Below, piece by piece: positions 59,446 through 64,000 of a DNA stretch of 64,000 nucleotides. Under the pieces are notes generated by a model. The model was not told where the DNA came from, searched no databases, and was given only the letters and a program-made list of their open reading frames with translations. How positions within the stretch are numbered: position 1 is the first letter of the stretch; each line of letters begins with the position of its first letter. Both the position numbers and the translations under genes were made by a program. The stretch is from the NCBI GenBank assembly GCA_963675595.2, contig CAXXLZ010000001.1:576001-640000 (forward strand). Reading direction: 5' to 3'. The DNA is from Thermodesulfobacteriota bacterium (GTDB taxonomy: Bacteria; Desulfobacterota; Desulfarculia; JACQYL01).

Positions 59446-59778
59446 TCAGTGTTCATGATGCATGTGCCCGGGGACCGATTCCTGTTGCTTTTCCAGCGGG
59501 CCTTCCGAGGACGGCTCCATAGGCGAACGGTGTTCTCCGCGGTGAGAGCCTGCGGCCGGCGAGCCGTGATCGCCGTGAGACATGCCGGGCTCGTGTTCTT
59601 GAAATAGGACCGGCTCGCTTATGGCAAGGGTGTCCGGAGGAGCGGGAAGAGGAAACGAGAGACCGGGATTCGCCGGATGGTGGGCCGACGTATCCGCCGG
59701 TGTAGAGGGCGTGGTGCAGGCCGCCGGAAAGCAAATCAGGAGGGAGAAAGCCAAGGCTTTGAACAAGACCGAAACCAT
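59446..59778 (-). CDS. His-rich lipoprotein of the copper operon
   Basis: Lipobox PAAC, HHPANP, C-terminal HMHHEH. Confidence 0.7.
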   Translation of the reverse strand: MVSVLFKALAFSLLICFPAACTTPSTPADTSAHHPANPGLSFPLPAPPDTLAISEPVLFQEHEPGMSHGDHGSPAAGSHRGEHRSPMEPSSEGPLEKQQESVPGHMHHEH

Positions 59779-60150
59779 GGGGTCCTCACTGTTCCCTTGG
59801 AGAAATATGTAAATGTCCTTTCGTTTGTGGAACCAGTATATCCCAAAAGGCGGCCGCCCTCAAAACGGAATTCCCGCCGGCATGGGCGAGGTTGAGGCCG
59901 GCATGCCTCCAGGACAAGAGTTTGGATTTACACAAACCGATGGAGAGAAGTGCATTCGGCTGAGTGGACCGGAAACCCGTAGGGTGGTTTTATTCCTCGT
60001 CCGGGGAGCGGAAGGGGAAAAATGACGGAATCTCCCTATTGTACGAGACTGGAGGGTGTTGTAGGGTAAGGGAGTTTTCTGTTCCAACAGGCGGTCCCCT
60101 TTTTTCCCAAGGGCGCGATTCTTCCACAAAGCATTGAACTGCGGGATGTC

Positions 60151-61086
60151 ATGGCGAACATATTGATTACGGGCGGCTGCGGTTTCATCGGTTCACATCT
60201 AGCGGAGCATCTGCTGGAAGCAGGCCACACCATACGTGTCTTCGACGATCTTTCCTCCGGTCGCATGGAGAATCTCCCACAAGGACCCGGGCGGCCCTAC
60301 GTTGTCATCGGAGACGTGAGGGACCGAGATCGCCTGGCCGAAAACATGGAGAATGTAGAATATGTATGCCATCTGGCGGCCATGGTCTTCGTTCCCGAAA
60401 CCATTGAGCGTCCACTGGAAGCTCACGATATCAACATGAGAGGCACTTTGAACGTATTGGAGACCGCGCGGGAAAAGGGGGTCAAGCGAGTGGTGCTGGC
60501 AGGCTCCGCCGCTGTGTATGGTTCCGATCCGGAATTGCCCAAAGTCGAAAGCATGCCGCCCAAAGCGGAGTCCCCCTATGCGGTGACCAAACTGGGCGGA
60601 GAAATCTACGCGAGACTGTATTCCGAGCTGTACCACCTGGAAACCGTATCTTTAAGGTTTTTCAATGTATTCGGACCTCGCCAGAATCCGCATTCCGTGT
60701 ATTCCGGGGTCATCTCCCGGTTCGTCCATCAGTTGACCGCGGGGGAGGCGTCGACCATATTCGGCGACGGTCTTCAGACTCGTGATTTCGTCTACGTAAA
60801 AGACGTGGTTCGGGCTGTTGAGCTGGCCATGACCTCTCCCAATGTGGGAGCGGGCGAAGTCGTCAACGTGGCCCGAGGAAGCTCGATCAGCGTTCTGGAA
60901 CTGTTTCGGATGCTGGCGGGCCTCATGGGCGGCTCCGTCGAACCCCGGTTCGCACCGGGCCGTCAGGGCGAAGTTCGTCATTCCATGGCCGACATCGGCC
61001 TTGCCCGACGCCTGCTTGCCTACGAACCGGAATTCGGGCTCAAACAGGGACTAGAGGCCTTGCTGGCGGGCGAGAAAGGAGTTTGA
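60151..61086 (+). CDS. NAD-dependent epimerase/dehydratase (extended SDR)
   Basis: TGGCGFIG, YAVTK, RFFNVFGPRQ, GDGLQTRDF. Confidence 0.93.
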   Translation: MANILITGGCGFIGSHLAEHLLEAGHTIRVFDDLSSGRMENLPQGPGRPYVVIGDVRDRDRLAENMENVEYVCHLAAMVFVPETIERPLEAHDINMRGTLNVLETAREKGVKRVVLAGSAAVYGSDPELPKVESMPPKAESPYAVTKLGGEIYARLYSELYHLETVSLRFFNVFGPRQNPHSVYSGVISRFVHQLTAGEASTIFGDGLQTRDFVYVKDVVRAVELAMTSPNVGAGEVVNVARGSSISVLELFRMLAGLMGGSVEPRFAPGRQGEVRHSMADIGLARRLLAYEPEFGLKQGLEALLAGEKGV

Positions 61087-61508
61087 AAAACGGTGCGAGG
61101 GAGCAAATCATGAGACCGGCTGCGATCGGAACCATACTCGTTCAAAGTACGGATCCGGACACCTCGGATTGCCGGACGGGAGGAACCCAGCAGTGTGATT
61201 GCATCGAACTTTTCAATTTATATTTACAGTATAGATAGATTCTTTAAATAGAAGTGCCCCCGAACGCCCCTATCTCATAAAATCCATGATGCTTTCTGGC
61301 GATTTCCCCAAATCAAACTCATGGATTTCATGATAAAAAATCATGATAATCACGATTGCCTAAAGGTAGTGCTTCTCATATAATCCTGTTAGCTGAATTC
61401 ATCGCATAATCTGCTGATAAACCCCGGCAGACCGGGTACATCCTCCATAAGGGGGTGCGGCGCGGGACAAGGGGATCCCCTTTGTTGATCCGAAGAGAAA
61501 GCGGAGCG

Positions 61509-62168
61509 ATGGAGAAAAACCGGATTCTGCTGGTGGACAACCACAGAATGGTCCTGGCGGGGCTCAAGCAGATGCTTGATCGGGTCCCGGATTTCGAGGT
61601 TTCCGGGGAAGCCTTGGATGGGCGGCAGGCTCTTCACCTCATGAGCCAAGCCCCTTCGGACGTCGTTATGATGGACGTCGCCATGAAGGGTCTGAACGGC
61701 ATTGAAGCCACAAGGCGGATCAAGCGATGCTTTCCTCAAAGCAGAGTGATCGGCCTTTCGTATTATGGTCATCGAGAGATCATCGATAGAATGTTTCACG
61801 CCGGAGCCGACGGTTACGTCATCAAAGAATGCGCCGCTTGCGAACTGATCGAGGCCGTTCGCTCCGTGCTTTCGGGCCGGATTCACCTTTGCCCCAGGGC
61901 GGCCGCGGTAATGGCCCAGAAGCGTAAGCCCTTGTCGGACAAACGTTGCGGAATCTCTTCGCCTCCACCCTTGACGTCCAGGGAGAGGGAGGTCCTTCAA
62001 TGCGTGGCGGAAGGGAAAAGCACCAAAGAAATTTCTGGAATTCTCTATTTGAGTGAATATACGGTGGAGAATCATCGTAGGAACATCGTAAGGAAACTGA
62101 AACTTAGAAATCTTGCTGAATTAACGAGGTACGCCCTTCTTCAGGGACTTACTCCTCTGATGTATTGA
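61509..62168 (+). CDS. NarL-family response regulator
   Basis: LVDNH, MMDVAM, LTSREREV...TVENHR. Confidence 0.9.
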   Translation: MEKNRILLVDNHRMVLAGLKQMLDRVPDFEVSGEALDGRQALHLMSQAPSDVVMMDVAMKGLNGIEATRRIKRCFPQSRVIGLSYYGHREIIDRMFHAGADGYVIKECAACELIEAVRSVLSGRIHLCPRAAAVMAQKRKPLSDKRCGISSPPPLTSREREVLQCVAEGKSTKEISGILYLSEYTVENHRRNIVRKLKLRNLAELTRYALLQGLTPLMY

Positions 62169-62346
62169 CCCGCGGGACCGAGAGAAGAATTCGGCCCATG
62201 CAAAGGAATTCCCCGAACCGTCCATTTCCGGCGTTCGTTCATGGAATGGCACGGCTCTCCTCATCACACCATCCCTTTACGCCTCGAACCTCTGTCGTCA
62301 AACGCGGTCCTCGGGAGAGCAAAATTCCCGGACGCGCACGATGGGC

Positions 62347-63003
62347 TCACAATTCGAGCTTGGTCAGGCCGTGTCTTATGGCGTATTTGGTCAGTTCCGG
62401 CACGGTATGCAGGTTCAGTTTATTCATGATTTTACGGCGGTGGGCGTCCACGGTCTTGGTGCTCAGGTCCAGAGTGTCCGCCATTTGCTTGGTGGTGAAA
62501 CCCTCGGAGATCATCTTGAGAACTTCCCGTTCCCGTTGAGTAAGGGTGCTCCGGTGGAGCCCTTTAAGGATTTCCTGCTCGTCGTGGCACTTGAAGATGC
62601 GTTTAACGCCACTGCAGAAATAGGGCCGATTGTCCCGGACGGCATGGATCGCATCCACCAGTTCGTCGAAGCTCGACTCTTTGAGCACGTACCCCAAAGC
62701 GCCGGAATCCACGGCCCGCGCAACGATGCTGCGATCCGCGTAGGCCGAGAGGGCGATGACCGACGTAGCCGGGTTTTTTCGGCGTATTCGTTGCGTCGCC
62801 TCGAAGCCGTCGAGTACGGGCATGAATACATCCATGATCACCACGTCGGGTCTGCAGGTTTCCGCCAGCATGGCGGCCTCTCCGCCGTCACGTGCTTCTC
62901 CCACGATTTCGAAATTTTCCTGTCTGCTCAAGAGCCCGTTGAGGCTGGTGAGAAGGATAAAGTGATCTTCCGCCAACAGGATTCTGGTCCGTCGCCGACT
63001 CAT
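62347..63003 (-). CDS. NarL-family response regulator
   Basis: LAEDH, IMDVFMP, LTQREREV...TVDAHR. Confidence 0.92.
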   Translation of the reverse strand: MSRRRTRILLAEDHFILLTSLNGLLSRQENFEIVGEARDGGEAAMLAETCRPDVVIMDVFMPVLDGFEATQRIRRKNPATSVIALSAYADRSIVARAVDSGALGYVLKESSFDELVDAIHAVRDNRPYFCSGVKRIFKCHDEQEILKGLHRSTLTQREREVLKMISEGFTTKQMADTLDLSTKTVDAHRRKIMNKLNLHTVPELTKYAIRHGLTKLEL

Positions 63004-63462
63004 TTTTCCGTTTCTTTGTGGTGATTCAGGTGAGATCCCGCCTGCGGCGAGCCCACCCGTACCCTCTCAGGAACCCTTCGGGCGGGCGGCGCCCGGGATT
63101 GGGGCAGCTCACCTCAAAATAAGGGGGAAGACTTGGTGCCGGTTTAGGTTGAGTTGTGGGAAAAGCCCTTGGACATCCGGATTTGAAGCTACGCGCTCAA
63201 GGAGGAAAAAAGGCCGCACGACTCCCTCTGTTGGGGAAATCGTCTCCCTCATCGGATCTCCAGATACGGCGACTCGCGGTTCTCGCCGGCCGGATCTTAC
63301 CCAGGTGCCGCCCCCGAAGTCTCTTAAGGAAGGCTATGCCTTCGGGGTAATCGCAGACGGCCCGCTCAAAGCGGAAGCCGACACACGGATCGGCAGTCTT
63401 TCCGGAAAACTATGGCCGGTCGAAGGCGGGTTCCGAAAAGCTTCTTGATTATAGATATCCCC

Positions 63463-63999
63463 TCATCCCTTCCGTGCCTTTTCTTCGGCCAGATGGTTGG
63501 CGAGATAGGAGCGGAGGTTGACGTGGGCATTGTTGAGTTTGAGTTTCTTCCGGATGTTGCGTCTGTGGGTTTTCACCGTGAAGGTGGACACATTGAGGTG
63601 TTCCGCGATTTCTTCATTGGTCATGCCGTTGCGCACCAGAGCGGCTACGCGTAGTTCGCTGCGCGAAAGCGTGGTGATGATCTTGTTGTCCTGACCCACG
63701 TTGGCCGTTAGGTCCCGAATGTGTTGGGAAAGAAGTTCGAGGTCCCCGTCGCATCCTGCCAAGGCGGCGTTGTTGCGGAGGCGCTGCACGATGGGCAGCA
63801 GTAGGGATTTGGCCATCAGTGCGGTGCGGCGCTCGGACTCCACTCGAGCGGTGTCCAGGTTTCGTGCCAGCACCGAAAGGGCCTCGTTGGTTTCGATGAG
63901 TTGAAGCTTCATCTGTTCGAGAGCGCTTTTCTGGTGTCGCAGCTCCAGGTTCGTGCGCTCGAGTTCGTTGCGTGCTCTTCTGAGTTCAAGGTCCTTTTC
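63463..63999 (-). CDS. LuxR-HTH transcriptional regulator, 5' truncated by window edge
   Basis: Open frame to the window end, coiled coil, then LSRSELRVA...TVKTHRRNIRKKL. Confidence 0.88.
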   Translation of the reverse strand, partial: EKDLELRRARNELERTNLELRHQKSALEQMKLQLIETNEALSVLARNLDTARVESERRTALMAKSLLLPIVQRLRNNAALAGCDGDLELLSQHIRDLTANVGQDNKIITTLSRSELRVAALVRNGMTNEEIAEHLNVSTFTVKTHRRNIRKKLKLNNAHVNLRSYLANHLAEEKARKG

Positions 64000-64000
64000 C

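Overview
GC-rich window from an anaerobic bacterium, probably Desulfobacterota/deltaproteobacterial (inferred from gene content and intergenic repeat style). Bases 1.5-15.6 kb hold a large corrinoid-dependent methyl-transfer cluster: an MtrH/MtgA-like protein, an MtaA/CmuA-family methyltransferase, a corrinoid protein and an ASKHA reductive activator, followed by an unusual accessory operon. The main discovery is that the ORF track misreads two genes in this operon, which look like selenoproteins. One is an MtaA/UroD-fold methyltransferase with an in-frame TGA at the position of the conserved Zn-ligand Cys (APG-U-DMP versus MPG-C-DLW). The other is a thioredoxin-fold protein with UxxC where its three paralogues have CxxC. 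Each TGA is followed by a SECIS-like hairpin. The operon also encodes a coiled-coil-less mini-SMC ATPase, a TSCPD-phosphoesterase fusion and two COG0523 metallochaperones. Further along are a cobalamin riboswitch controlling a Zn-dehydrogenase and a divergent TrpD-like phosphoribosyltransferase, a second degenerate corrinoid module coupled to a hybrid kinase, and a large secreted Cys-rich protein. The rest includes an IS4 element inserted into a MITE-like repeat, several intergenic repeat families, an amber-interrupted TolC in a copper operon, and assorted metabolic and regulatory genes. No sel genes, tRNA, rRNA or CRISPR array were seen. All family assignments come from reading motifs by eye; no database searches were run.
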